IMG/VR virus record: IMGVR_UViG_3300044655_001360
From: a virus
Length of the DNA: 64,000 nt
Reading direction: 5' to 3' (one strand)
How positions within the stretch are numbered: position 1 is the stretch's first letter; the number at the start of each line of letters is the position of its first letter. The position numbers and the translations under genes are program-made. The notes under the pieces are model-generated. The model saw only the letters and a program-made list of their open reading frames with translations, made no database searches and had not been told where the DNA came from. This document shows, in pieces, positions 53,917 through 63,999 of the stretch.

Positions 53917-56202
53917 TTATAAATCCCCAGTATTTGTTGATGGGAATGCACGGTTAGACCCCCAAATGATACGGACTGCGCCATTACCACCTTCGGAATC
54001 TGGACGGCTACCATCAGAACCGCCACCGCCACCGCCACCGTACTGGCCACCATTACCACCTTGATTATTTGAAACCGATCCAGGATCACCACCGGAACCA
54101 TTAGAACCACCAGAACCACCAGAACCACCAGAGTCTGATGAACCCATGCCACTGGCACCTTCGCCGAGAAGTCCAACACCGCCACCACCGCCACCGCCAT
54201 GGTTAGAGCAGCCACCACCGCCACCGCCACCAGAACCATTGGAACCGAGTCGATGATAATCAGACCCATCTGCACCAGCACCACCATTTCCAGAATAACC
54301 AGCTGCACCGCCACCACCACCGCCATATAGACTGGTAAACGCATCACCACCGTTACTACCACCATTTCCACCCCAACCACCACCATCGCCAACAAAGTCG
54401 CCGCCGGTACCAATAAAGTTCACGGATGATCCCTTACCAGGATAACCACAGACGGTACCCGTGCTAATGAAATAACTAACTCCGCCGCTGCCACCTCCAG
54501 TACCACCGACACCAACGACTACTGTATAACTACCGCCAGGCGTTACTTGGATGTTATTTTTCCATCCTAATCCACCACCACCTCCACCAGCTTCATCTAA
54601 GGGGGAAGACCCTTGACCACTTCCACCGCCTCCAACAGCTACAACACAAACAGATGTTACTCCAGGTGGTGCTGTCCATACATGTGTACCTGGCGTTGTG
54701 AACGCAATTTGACCTCCGCTTGGTGGCGGTGGGGCTATAGTTATTTCTATTGTATTGGTTGCCATGCTTGTTTGTATATTACCGGCCACGTCTGTTTGTC
54801 TAACCTTTAATTGCCCTATTGGATATGTACCATTAGATACTGTAAATGAAGTACCAGACCCCGCAGTCCATGTACTACCGCCATCGATGCTATATTCCCA
54901 GGTTGCATCTGGTTCTAATCCACTAACTGTGATCCCACCAACAGAAGAATTACCATCAGATGAACTCACACCATCATCGACTGTCAATGATAATGTACCA
55001 GAGGTTGGAGCATTGGTATCAACCGTTATAGTATACGAGTTGGTAGGTATATTTACGGTTTGTACACTACCAATCGCATTTATTTGTCTCATTTTAATTT
55101 GACCAATACCGTACGTACCAGATGCTAACGTAAACGAATTACCTGTACCATCTACCCAGTTATTACCACCATCTATACTATATTGCCAAGAACAACCAGA
55201 ATCTAAATTGCTTACTGTTATTTGACCATTGTTAGTAATACCATCACTTGAATTAGAGCCGGTATCATATGCGAGTGAAATAGAACCAGTAGTTGGTGCA
55301 GATGTATCTATTGTTATTACTAATGGTGTACTTTGCATACTCTCATTACCCTGTGTGTCAGCTAAGGTATATGTGAAATTGTAGGTACCAGGCAATACGA
55401 TGGCTGTTGGTGTTAATATACCAGATATCGAATCATAAACCGATTCAGTATACACACCATTAATATATAAGACTGGTGTAAAATTAGTCACGTTAGTTAT
55501 CTTAATACCAGGTGTAGTGTCATCGGTAATTACAGACGTGCTATTTTGACTAGTTATAGTCCCTTGGTTATCAACATATGAAACAGCTGGTGACGGTGGT
55601 GCTGCACGATATGAATAACAACCAATGTATTTGATATAAATAGTTGGCGTTGAATTGTTATCATTTACTTGCCATATATCTACTATAACTGGGTCCTTTC
55701 CACCAGAACCAGGTATATTAAGTTTTTTAGTATTAACCAATGGGAAATTAGGATCATATTTTATCACAGCAGTTGTGCTGGTGAATTCTATCTTTCTAGT
55801 GGTTCTATCTGTTGCGATATGCAAGCGTAATTTACCAACATTAACAGAGGTTGAATCTGTCGGGAAGTTTTTTAACTTTATACCAACATCAGCACCAATT
55901 TGTACAGTTTGATATTGCCCATCAGTATAATCAATTTCAAACGATTGTAATTGCAACCCGGATATATCATGTCTATAAATTGCCATTCCACTATGTACTT
56001 GATTTTTAATCAAGGTATTATTGAAATTATCGGATGTATTATCAGATCTAATAGAATTAGACAACAAATCGGATAATTCCAGTTTAGCCGTAGTTAAACT
56101 GGCTTTAATTGTGTTAAAATTGTCACGAAATATCTGGCTATCATTATCATTAGCTGTTGGATAATGAATGTTTATATTTGTATTGATTTTAGATTGTGTC
56201 AT
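53917..56202 (-). CDS. Modular virion protein: shared phage N-domain, bacterial Ig-like repeats and Gly-rich C-terminal domain
   Basis: Same N-domain; two 'L..D.G..SSDG......W.YSIDGG..W..G.G.SFT' repeats; 'FTTPGT..WTAP.GVTSVCVVAVGGGG...GAVRIIWG..RAFPST' tip domain. Confidence 0.75.
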   Translation of the reverse strand: MTQSKINTNINIHYPTANDNDSQIFRDNFNTIKASLTTAKLELSDLLSNSIRSDNTSDNFNNTLIKNQVHSGMAIYRHDISGLQLQSFEIDYTDGQYQTVQIGADVGIKLKNFPTDSTSVNVGKLRLHIATDRTTRKIEFTSTTAVIKYDPNFPLVNTKKLNIPGSGGKDPVIVDIWQVNDNNSTPTIYIKYIGCYSYRAAPPSPAVSYVDNQGTITSQNSTSVITDDTTPGIKITNVTNFTPVLYINGVYTESVYDSISGILTPTAIVLPGTYNFTYTLADTQGNESMQSTPLVITIDTSAPTTGSISLAYDTGSNSSDGITNNGQITVSNLDSGCSWQYSIDGGNNWVDGTGNSFTLASGTYGIGQIKMRQINAIGSVQTVNIPTNSYTITVDTNAPTSGTLSLTVDDGVSSSDGNSSVGGITVSGLEPDATWEYSIDGGSTWTAGSGTSFTVSNGTYPIGQLKVRQTDVAGNIQTSMATNTIEITIAPPPPSGGQIAFTTPGTHVWTAPPGVTSVCVVAVGGGGSGQGSSPLDEAGGGGGGLGWKNNIQVTPGGSYTVVVGVGGTGGGSGGVSYFISTGTVCGYPGKGSSVNFIGTGGDFVGDGGGWGGNGGSNGGDAFTSLYGGGGGGAAGYSGNGGAGADGSDYHRLGSNGSGGGGGGGCSNHGGGGGGGVGLLGEGASGMGSSDSGGSGGSGGSNGSGGDPGSVSNNQGGNGGQYGGGGGGGSDGSRPDSEGGNGAVRIIWGSNRAFPSTNTGDL

Positions 56203-56225
56203 TTAAGTACCCAGCGGTAATCATT

Positions 56226-56825
56226 TTAGCTATACATCCCTTCACAGTTTATGTATATAGTTGGGGTTGCAGTTCCATTGTTTACTTGCCAGATATCCAA
56301 TATTGTCGGATCCCATGTTGGAGAACCAGTGATGCTGAGTTTGGTAGTATCAACAAATGGAAATCCATCATTGTATTTTATTACAGCATTTGTTGATGAA
56401 AATTCAACTTTTCGAGAACTAGCATTTGAGAATAAATGCAATCTTATAATACCAATCTGGTTGGCATTAGCTGTATCGATAGGGAAATTCTTCAAATTTA
56501 TCGTTAAATCAGCCCCAATTTGAGCAGTTTGGTAAACTCCATTATTATAATCTACATCAAAGTTAGCAGTTTGTAATCCAGGAAACGTGTATCTTAATGT
56601 AGTTGTATTCTTAAGAACTACATTTGTTATTATCTGACCATTATAGTCAATTTCTCCGGTGTCTTTTCTAATAGTATTGGTTAGTAAATCTGATATTTCA
56701 TCTTTTGCAGTTGTTAAACTGTTTTTGATAATGGAGAAATTGTCACGAAATCCTTGTAAGTCATTGTCTACCCCTGGGTATGGATATCGTTCATCGATGT
56801 TTGGATTGATTGCTGAGTTTGCCAT
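56226..56825 (-). CDS. Virion protein consisting only of the shared N-domain
   Basis: 199 aa; aligns along its full length with the N-termini of the two downstream ORFs. Confidence 0.7.
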   Translation of the reverse strand: MANSAINPNIDERYPYPGVDNDLQGFRDNFSIIKNSLTTAKDEISDLLTNTIRKDTGEIDYNGQIITNVVLKNTTTLRYTFPGLQTANFDVDYNNGVYQTAQIGADLTINLKNFPIDTANANQIGIIRLHLFSNASSRKVEFSSTNAVIKYNDGFPFVDTTKLSITGSPTWDPTILDIWQVNNGTATPTIYINCEGMYS

Positions 56826-59504
56826 TTAATTCTCTCTATTATTTGGGAATGCGAGGTATTTATCAGCAATTTGGTCACTGATAGCATCGATAACATAACG
56901 ATCTGCGGTGAAATTAAGTGCTTTGAACTCAAAATTGCGAGACCAGTTAACAGAATTATCGGATGGTTTTGAATTTGTGTTATTAACGGCACACGTATAG
57001 TAAAAACCAAGATATGAAACAGTGTCACCTATTTGATATGCTGCTTGATTATTCCAAGCACCACGCGATGCAGTGTGTAGTTTTGCTTTAATTCTAGCAA
57101 GTACGTTTGGTGCATTGCCTGGTTTAACATAACAAAGAACGACCACACTTGCATAACCAGCTGAGTATATACCTGTCATCCATGCTGGAAGATATGTACT
57201 GGTATGAGCTCCTGAGTTTGCAATTCGGGCTCTCATGTTTTCAATTGAGTTAGGGAATACTTGTTGTTTATCACTATCACTGACATACGGTATATCGCTA
57301 TCGATGGTGATGGTATCAACGCTGGTTAGTATCTTTGCTTTTAAGTCATCAGATAAGTCTTGTGATGTTTCGGTGCTTATTCCTGCTATGTCGTCGATTA
57401 TTTCAACATAAACCACTTCGTAAATTGGTTCTTTGGAAGATGGATCGTAAGCAGTTGCATATTTGATATCTCCAAACAACATTTGTTTCTTGTTATGATT
57501 GCGACTTACTGCTTGTACAAAGTTAACAATATCTGAGTTTTCAACACCCGCGTAGATGAGAGTTCTCAACTCTGTTTGAACGCCGTAGTTCACGTCGCCT
57601 GGGCGGTAGAATTCATTTGCTTTAAATAAATTGCTATCTGTGATGAAGTTATACCACTCATTACGTTGTTCTTTACTCAAAAATGCTTTTACGTACAGAT
57701 TACAATACTTGGTTGGGTTTGGATCTGCTACTTTTAACGTAAATGTTCTATCTACTGCTGAAAGATTAGTTGCATCGTGTGCAGTTACTGTAAACTTATA
57801 GGTTCTGTTAAACGTGGTGTACCCAGCGTCGAATGTTATATCAAATGTAGTAACACCATTAACAATATCATAGAATCGATTGTTGTCTTCGGCTTTACCG
57901 ATAATGTTACCATTGGGTAGTAAAGACAATCCTTTAGGTAAAGAACCTGATTTTAATTCGACTGAAACTTGTGCATCTGCAAGTAAACTAATTGCTTCTA
58001 GGTGTAATGTACTGTCATGATACGGTAGAATACTACCTAGATCAGCAGGAGTAACCCATTCAATAGAGCTTTCTATTTCACCTATTACATCGACAGTAAA
58101 CGTTCTAGTTGAGAATACTGAATTAGTGTACCAAAGATTCTGATTATACAACTTAGGTATTTCATTTTCACTAGCTATAGAATTTTTTTCTTTGCATATA
58201 TAGATTTCATATTCATATCTCACTGCTTGATATGGAAAGTAAGTTACACCATATACTAAGTCTACTGGCGCGGTGACATACCAGTAATCAGTATAGATCT
58301 GCTTATCAATATCTTCGTCGTAGTTTGGTTTTACATTTATATTATCTTTTATGCAAATATATAGCTTTGTATCACCATTATCAATCTTTGGGTCTCTATA
58401 TCTAACTGCTTGACTGGTAGTATACGCGGTCACAGCATTCCAATCACCAACCACCTTAAATGTTGGAGTTTCGAATGTAGTATGGAACTTAGTTGCTTTT
58501 ATTGTAAATTGATGTCTGGTAGTTACCGCATTTTGTTTTGGTATAGAACCTTGTAAAGTACCAGCGTGAGTATCTAATATTAACCAATCTGGTAAACTTA
58601 CATTAACAACGCTAAAAGATATTAAACCAGGTAATGTTGGTGGATCATATACTTCAAGTGGAATTGTGATCTTGTTATTTGCACGAAATCTTCCAAGATA
58701 AGGTTCGGTAATCCAATAAGGAACTCGATGATATGATATATTGTTTTGTATTAAGAAATCGTCAGTGATAATGTAGATTTTAAACATGCGTGAAATGGAA
58801 GTTGTTCCATCTGATGCTTCTACTGAAAAAGTATAGACTCTATTCAATCTCACTGGGTTTGTATCTACTTCAGAGAAATCGTAAGTATCGATGTCGTATG
58901 AATAATCATCGAAGCCTGATACCGAGTCGGTGACAATATCTAACGGTAAAGTATCCCACGGGGTTGTATCATAACCTGCTTGCACACCATCGAAATTGAG
59001 TGCTAGAATTGGTTGAGTAAACCCAGTGATACGACCAGTTGGCGATAGGGTTAATCCAGGTGGAAACTGACCAGCGTTAGGTAATAATCTATAAGTTAAT
59101 ACATTACCTGCGGTTGTATCACTATCTGTTGCTTCTAATTGGAAATCAACATAACTATTATCTAATACATATTCGGTTCCAAGAACTCCCATAGGCAAAA
59201 AACCACTAGGTGTAACCCATTGTGGTTCATCTGCACCCTCTACGATTAATGTAAATGTTCTATCTGCGATATCAACACTCGTTGATGCCCTAATGACAAA
59301 TTTAAATTCAGTGATATCAGCGACTTCGTGAGGAGTACCTGAGATTAAACCAGTTGAACTTAATCGCAAGCCAGCAGGTAAATTACCTGCTAATACTTTA
59401 AACGTTACCGGTAACGTTGATAGTGCTACTAACTGAAACGAGTATGTTACAGACTCTTGTATAGTATTAATGTTACCAGCTGGTGTTACCCATTGAATTT
59501 CCAT
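56826..59504 (-). CDS. Baseplate/structural protein with putative Ig (He_PIG-like) repeats
   Basis: Repeated 'W.TP.G.L...G.LP.GL.L...G.I.G' units; baseplate gene context. Confidence 0.65.
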   Translation of the reverse strand: MEIQWVTPAGNINTIQESVTYSFQLVALSTLPVTFKVLAGNLPAGLRLSSTGLISGTPHEVADITEFKFVIRASTSVDIADRTFTLIVEGADEPQWVTPSGFLPMGVLGTEYVLDNSYVDFQLEATDSDTTAGNVLTYRLLPNAGQFPPGLTLSPTGRITGFTQPILALNFDGVQAGYDTTPWDTLPLDIVTDSVSGFDDYSYDIDTYDFSEVDTNPVRLNRVYTFSVEASDGTTSISRMFKIYIITDDFLIQNNISYHRVPYWITEPYLGRFRANNKITIPLEVYDPPTLPGLISFSVVNVSLPDWLILDTHAGTLQGSIPKQNAVTTRHQFTIKATKFHTTFETPTFKVVGDWNAVTAYTTSQAVRYRDPKIDNGDTKLYICIKDNINVKPNYDEDIDKQIYTDYWYVTAPVDLVYGVTYFPYQAVRYEYEIYICKEKNSIASENEIPKLYNQNLWYTNSVFSTRTFTVDVIGEIESSIEWVTPADLGSILPYHDSTLHLEAISLLADAQVSVELKSGSLPKGLSLLPNGNIIGKAEDNNRFYDIVNGVTTFDITFDAGYTTFNRTYKFTVTAHDATNLSAVDRTFTLKVADPNPTKYCNLYVKAFLSKEQRNEWYNFITDSNLFKANEFYRPGDVNYGVQTELRTLIYAGVENSDIVNFVQAVSRNHNKKQMLFGDIKYATAYDPSSKEPIYEVVYVEIIDDIAGISTETSQDLSDDLKAKILTSVDTITIDSDIPYVSDSDKQQVFPNSIENMRARIANSGAHTSTYLPAWMTGIYSAGYASVVVLCYVKPGNAPNVLARIKAKLHTASRGAWNNQAAYQIGDTVSYLGFYYTCAVNNTNSKPSDNSVNWSRNFEFKALNFTADRYVIDAISDQIADKYLAFPNNREN

Positions 59505-60106
59505 TAGACTATAGCACCCATATCAATACCAAAAGAACTTGGTGTAGTTACTGTACCAAAATCAATTGGTGTAGTAGCTAAGTATAATTCAAATACGTTG
59601 TTTACAGCACTATCCAGTTGACCAAAGTCATACGTTTTTATGAGTTGACCAAGTGGTAAGTTACTTCTAATATTAACAACACCTGGTATTGTTTGTCCTG
59701 GTGGAATTGAAGTACTTGGAATTGGTTGCGTGAGTGTAACATTAATATCAGCATCACCAGCAAATTTCAAGGTAGAAGTTAGTGCTGAATTGATTTCACT
59801 GGTTGCTGTTGCAACCTTTGAAAACATTGATGCGTTATTTGAAATGATAACCGAATTTGGAGTTTCATTAAACGAAATGTTTCTACCAGCGGCTAAGTCT
59901 TTAAATTTCAATGCTGAATTTTCAAGACCTGTGAATATGCTATAACCAGATGGGTTTGCTGGTGCAGTAATACTAACAGTGGTAATTGCGTTTGCAACTA
60001 CTGAAAGCTCTGTGAAATTAGCATTTACTTTTTCAAATGCAGTTCTTAGGTTATCACCTAAACCGTCGTTTGCATTATTACCTATGTTAATTGTGGTTAT
60101 AGACAT
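59504..60106 (-). CDS. Baseplate wedge/tail-fibre connector-like protein (T4 gp9/gp10-type N-terminus)
   Basis: INIG..ANDG.GD.LRTAF.KVNANFTEL. Confidence 0.7.
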   Translation of the reverse strand: MSITTINIGNNANDGLGDNLRTAFEKVNANFTELSVVANAITTVSITAPANPSGYSIFTGLENSALKFKDLAAGRNISFNETPNSVIISNNASMFSKVATATSEINSALTSTLKFAGDADINVTLTQPIPSTSIPPGQTIPGVVNIRSNLPLGQLIKTYDFGQLDSAVNNVFELYLATTPIDFGTVTTPSSFGIDMGAIV

Positions 60107-60117
60107 ATTGTTTCCTG

Positions 60118-60498
60118 TTATGCGCAGCCAACTGCGATTTCTATCGTTCCGATATGATCAGAACTAAACTCTTGTAGTGCTTTACCGATTATCGTACCTG
60201 CGATTGCACCGCTGGTTGGAACAACAGCTACACCTGCGATTCTTGATGTTACTAAAAGATCACCTTTTTCAACTTTACCTACTACCCTGTATGGTGCTCT
60301 TCCATGACTAGCTACTGGGATATTAAATCCAGGAAATAGGTGTACTGGGTCTGCAATAGTCGCAACAACACCAGCAACTCTTGTATCTGAGTATTGGTTT
60401 GAAATAGTGACTTCTCGTTCACCACCGAAGATAACTACAGTTCCTACTGCATATTCTCGATCTCCGTCGTAGTGGTCAATAGTTGGGTGTACAGACAT
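60118..60498 (-). CDS. Stand-alone IMC/peptidase-G2-like chaperone domain protein
   Basis: GTVVIFGG.REVT...RVAGVV...G.V.KGDLLV...GTIIGKAL, matching the C-termini of the fibres at 2237 and 4039. Confidence 0.65.
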   Translation of the reverse strand: MSVHPTIDHYDGDREYAVGTVVIFGGEREVTISNQYSDTRVAGVVATIADPVHLFPGFNIPVASHGRAPYRVVGKVEKGDLLVTSRIAGVAVVPTSGAIAGTIIGKALQEFSSDHIGTIEIAVGCA

Positions 60499-60592
60499 TT
60501 TTGTTCCTTTAATGGTTTGTATATCTGGTATTTATCCGATTTTGGCTTAAACTAAATACGTTATCTTTAAACAATCCCCAAAGGAGCAGTAC

Positions 60593-61036
60593 ATGTTTGA
60601 TTTTATCAAAAACATTTTCAAGAAAGAACCACAAGAGGAGCAAGTCGTGGAAGTAGAAGTTAAAGCGAAGCGTAAGTATAAGCCTCGCAAACCTAAAACG
60701 GAAGTTAAGGTCGAAGAATCTGTGGTGGAACCTGTTGTTGCTGAAGCACCGGCAGAACCAGTTAGAGCACGTATCATGGCTAGACAATTAGTTGGAGCTT
60801 CTACACCTGTTGCACCGGCAGAAGCGGTTGCCGAACCAGTGGTAGAAGAAGCGGTTAAAAAAGCACCGGTGAGAAAGAAACCTGCTGCTAAGAAACCAGT
60901 TGAAGTTGCGGTTGTAGAACCAGTAGTAGAAGTAAAAGTCGAACCTGTGGTTGTAGCATCGGCACCTAAGAAACCCGAAAACAAACCAAAGGTGGTTCAG
61001 AACAAACCACCACGTGGCAAAAAGAAAAAACGTTAA
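60593..61036 (+). CDS. Low-complexity P/E/V/K/A-rich hypothetical protein
   Basis: AAGGAG RBS, CTAAATA at 60552 and a terminator at 61042..61064. Confidence 0.65.
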   Translation: MFDFIKNIFKKEPQEEQVVEVEVKAKRKYKPRKPKTEVKVEESVVEPVVAEAPAEPVRARIMARQLVGASTPVAPAEAVAEPVVEEAVKKAPVRKKPAAKKPVEVAVVEPVVEVKVEPVVVASAPKKPENKPKVVQNKPPRGKKKKR

Positions 61037-61066
61037 AACACAAAAGGGGCTTATTAGCCCCTTTAC

Positions 61067-61762
61067 TTAATCTATTCGCTTGAGAATTTCCCAAGTATCC
61101 TTCCAATTGGCAACAGTCTCAAACGTTCCTCGACGTTGTTCGACTGTAGCATAAGCTAATGCATAATCATTACCAATTGGGTCGGTTCTATCACCAATGA
61201 ATAAGATATCTCCTTTAATCCATTCTAGGACTTGTGATTTATCTGCTCCAATACTTGCTATATCAATACTAGTTTCACCACCAACAACTGCATGTAAATC
61301 AGGCCAGGTTTCATTGATGGTATTTACAATCCTAGTACGCTCGTTGTTCTTCAAATCCCAGTCGTAGTAATCTACTCTATCGCGACCTTTTGCATTTCTA
61401 CCAACAATAGAAAAGTTAAGCATACCTGTGCGATGTTCAAAATGTTTACCGAAACGTTCTTCGTATGGACTTGTGAATAGTTCAGATTTTAAGTAATCCA
61501 TTACGGGTTCTGGTACTGACCAAGCATGTTCATATATAATTTCGCCATTCTCACGAACAACGTTACCAGAACAACTGAATATAAACTTCGTAGCTTCTAC
61601 TATATCTGGTCCTAGTTGCTCTAAGGTTTTTTCATAATCACCACCAGAAACAAGTGATACGTTGTGGGTTCGAGCAAATCCTAGAAACCAATGACCAAAT
61701 GCTGGGTTTATCTTTTCACGGCTTGGTGTTAATGTTCCGTCTACATCAAACAGATAGTGCAT
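61067..61762 (-). CDS. HAD-IIB hydrolase, eukaryotic-type phosphomannomutase-like
   Basis: FDVDGTLTP.R, VSG.D, E.R.GMLNFS..GR, GG..SID, F.GD.....GND. Confidence 0.85.
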   Translation of the reverse strand: MHYLFDVDGTLTPSREKINPAFGHWFLGFARTHNVSLVSGGDYEKTLEQLGPDIVEATKFIFSCSGNVVRENGEIIYEHAWSVPEPVMDYLKSELFTSPYEERFGKHFEHRTGMLNFSIVGRNAKGRDRVDYYDWDLKNNERTRIVNTINETWPDLHAVVGGETSIDIASIGADKSQVLEWIKGDILFIGDRTDPIGNDYALAYATVEQRRGTFETVANWKDTWEILKRID

Positions 61763-61908
61763 CTATAATCTCCAATTCAATTAAGTTTTCTGCGTTCGTA
61801 AACGGTTTGCGATCGGTTTAATGGCCGTCTGTAGTCTACCTCACGTACTTTTAACCAGGTTGCTGTTATAAGTGCCTCCAATACTAGTCTTAACATATAT
61901 CTCTCCTT

Positions 61909-62607
61909 TTAAACCCAGTTATCAATAATGAACTGGTCTTGAACTTCGTGTGGTTTTGGTTCGCCGTGAAATACTAATACACAGCATTCGTCTGATATAA
62001 CAGGGTTGTCTACTTTAGACTCAAAGTTTCGTTTACCATCGGTTAATACTAACTCGTTTCTATTACGAACTTCCCATTTGTAACTTTGTATCCATGAATC
62101 AGGCCAAAAGATAATTTTAGACTTGGCAATCCGCCATATCCAATCTTGGTCTCCGTGGGTTCGCATTGCTTCTTCTGGCAGTTTGATGAATTGTTCCCAT
62201 ATAATACCATGATCACCATGTGACCATGACATAACTGAACTATTTAAACATTTGTAGTCCTTGTTAAACTTACGATTGAAGTCACGGATACCATAGAAGT
62301 TTCCTTCTTTTGATATCAACTTATCAATATTACCAGTGATAACAACATCTAAGTCAAAATATAAGATGGTATCTTCTACAGGTAGATTAGGGTCAAACAT
62401 GTGTACTTTGTACCACCAACCACGTTTATAATCTGCAGTTGGTTGTACGATAAGTCTAACGCCTTCGATTGCGGTTGGATCATCTGTTAGGCAAACAAAT
62501 TCATATGGAACTGTTAAGTACCTATTTACCATGTTACGTAGTCTAATAACGTAATCGGGGGAGTAAGCAGTTCCAAATTTAACACATAATACGGTTATTT
62601 TCTTCAT
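61909..62607 (-). CDS. Glycosyltransferase (GT-A fold, GT8-like)
   Basis: CVK.G..Y...YV..L..MV, GWW.K..F, YFDLDVVI, NSSVM, GDQD, FHG.PKP. Confidence 0.8.
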   Translation of the reverse strand: MKKITVLCVKFGTAYSPDYVIRLRNMVNRYLTVPYEFVCLTDDPTAIEGVRLIVQPTADYKRGWWYKVHMFDPNLPVEDTILYFDLDVVITGNIDKLISKEGNFYGIRDFNRKFNKDYKCLNSSVMSWSHGDHGIIWEQFIKLPEEAMRTHGDQDWIWRIAKSKIIFWPDSWIQSYKWEVRNRNELVLTDGKRNFESKVDNPVISDECCVLVFHGEPKPHEVQDQFIIDNWV

Positions 62608-63583
62608 GTTGGTTAAAAAGTTGTTGAGATGCTAGGTTTTTTGATTTTGCTTCGCACATGATGTCAGCCCAAGCAAGATGAGTTAATGCCCAATCGTTAA
62701 TCTTGGTGTTATTGAACATATCGCTATGTGCACGAAGTTTACTTTTGCTTGATTCCAGCAATAGGGTATCCATTGATGGTATATCTATGTATTTACCTAA
62801 AAACTCTTCTTTGGATTGGCTATAGTGGATAACTGGTCTAACACCTTGCCAACTATCAATAACATGCTGAATTCTTGGATCAGTGGCTTTAATGTATTCA
62901 CCAGTCATAATCAAATGATGATGAATATCAAGCACGATGCCTACCTTATCTTTTAGTTCTAAAAGATCATCGAGACCTTTTTGATACTCGTCGTTTTCTA
63001 AAGTTAATGTATTTCGGAGTTCTGGACACATGCGATTCCAAGCTGCATTAAAGCCATCAGCACCTAGTTTACCACTAAGGTGTACATTGAGTTTAAAATC
63101 TAATTTGGATCGACCATAGCCCATCCAGCGTGCCATATTTGCATGGTATTCTAGTTCTTCAAGAGAACTATCAACGACTTCTGGTCTATCACTGACGATA
63201 CAGCAGAACTGACCTGGGTGAAAACTCAATCTAACTTGCTTTTCACGGGCTAAATTGCCAATCTTACTGAATCCTTGTTCTAAGTAGTTGATGACGTCTG
63301 GTTGTTGATAGAAGTTACTGAAATCTTTGTGAGTATAGGCAGTTAGTACATCAGAACCTATGCGAAGCATACGTAAAGATTCTGGTAGTTGGCCAACACG
63401 TTCAACTAACTTATAGGTAGCAGTTAAGTTAGCTTGCATTAAATCGGTTAGTTTTTGTTCTGCTGCTGCCCGTGATTGACGATTAAGCCAAGCGATTGTA
63501 GTAGTACCCATGTTTAATTCTGGTACGTTGACTACGCCTTTTGACGTTTGTTGAACGTATTTACAAGCAAATCCTATTCTCAT
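62579..63583 (-). CDS. uvdE: UV-damage endonuclease (UvdE/UvsE)
   Basis: RIGFAC, R.SFHPGQF, LENDE, VLDIHHH, HYS, RAHSD, DIMCEAK.K. Start at MRIGF; promoter at 63614..63642. Confidence 0.92.
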   Translation of the reverse strand: MRIGFACKYVQQTSKGVVNVPELNMGTTTIAWLNRQSRAAAEQKLTDLMQANLTATYKLVERVGQLPESLRMLRIGSDVLTAYTHKDFSNFYQQPDVINYLEQGFSKIGNLAREKQVRLSFHPGQFCCIVSDRPEVVDSSLEELEYHANMARWMGYGRSKLDFKLNVHLSGKLGADGFNAAWNRMCPELRNTLTLENDEYQKGLDDLLELKDKVGIVLDIHHHLIMTGEYIKATDPRIQHVIDSWQGVRPVIHYSQSKEEFLGKYIDIPSMDTLLLESSKSKLRAHSDMFNNTKINDWALTHLAWADIMCEAKSKNLASQQLFNQHEENNRIMC

Positions 63584-63644
63584 GATGTTCTCTGGTTGGT
63601 TTAAGTTGGGCATATACTAACTTACTAATTACATGATGTCAAAC

Positions 63645-63675
63645 AAAAAACCCAGATTTTTAAGTCTGGGTTTTT
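63645..63675. terminator. Rho-independent terminator
   Basis: AAAAAACCCAGA-loop-TCTGGGTTTTT. Confidence 0.8.
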
Positions 63676-63678
63676 AAG

Positions 63679-63999
63679 TTAATGTACTTTAACAAGTATC
63701 TGATTGGGATTTATCCTACCATTTGCCTTTATTTCAACGGTAGTAAGACTATCAAAGAACTTGTTAATCGCTGTCTTACTACCGGCCTTGAATATTGCCA
63801 GTTGTTCTGCTGGTTTCCTGATTGTTTTACCAATCGATTTATTTGGGTCGTAACCTATTATAGTAGTACCTTTGACACCTAATGGTCCGTCTATCTCGTC
63901 GGCTAGATACCTGAATAACTTCTTAGTTTTACTATCGTAACACCATAGTATAGCAGCACCAATGATAGTTACTGGATTAATAGATACTAACTTAGAATT
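63679..63999 (-). CDS. C-terminal part of a conserved-type phage hypothetical protein, truncated by the window edge
   Basis: Open frame NSKLVSINPVTIIGA...VKGTTIIGYD...KTIRKP...NGRIN...LVKVH*; absent from the ORF track. Confidence 0.65.
   Translation of the reverse strand, partial: NSKLVSINPVTIIGAAILWCYDSKTKKLFRYLADEIDGPLGVKGTTIIGYDPNKSIGKTIRKPAEQLAIFKAGSKTAINKFFDSLTTVEIKANGRINPNQILVKVH

Noticed and set aside
53883-54413. 176-aa Val-rich ORF, and similar antisense or alternate-frame ORFs (e.g. 8316..8699, 60547..60984, 29473..29934)
   Set aside because: These are shadow frames of Gly-rich or low-complexity real genes.
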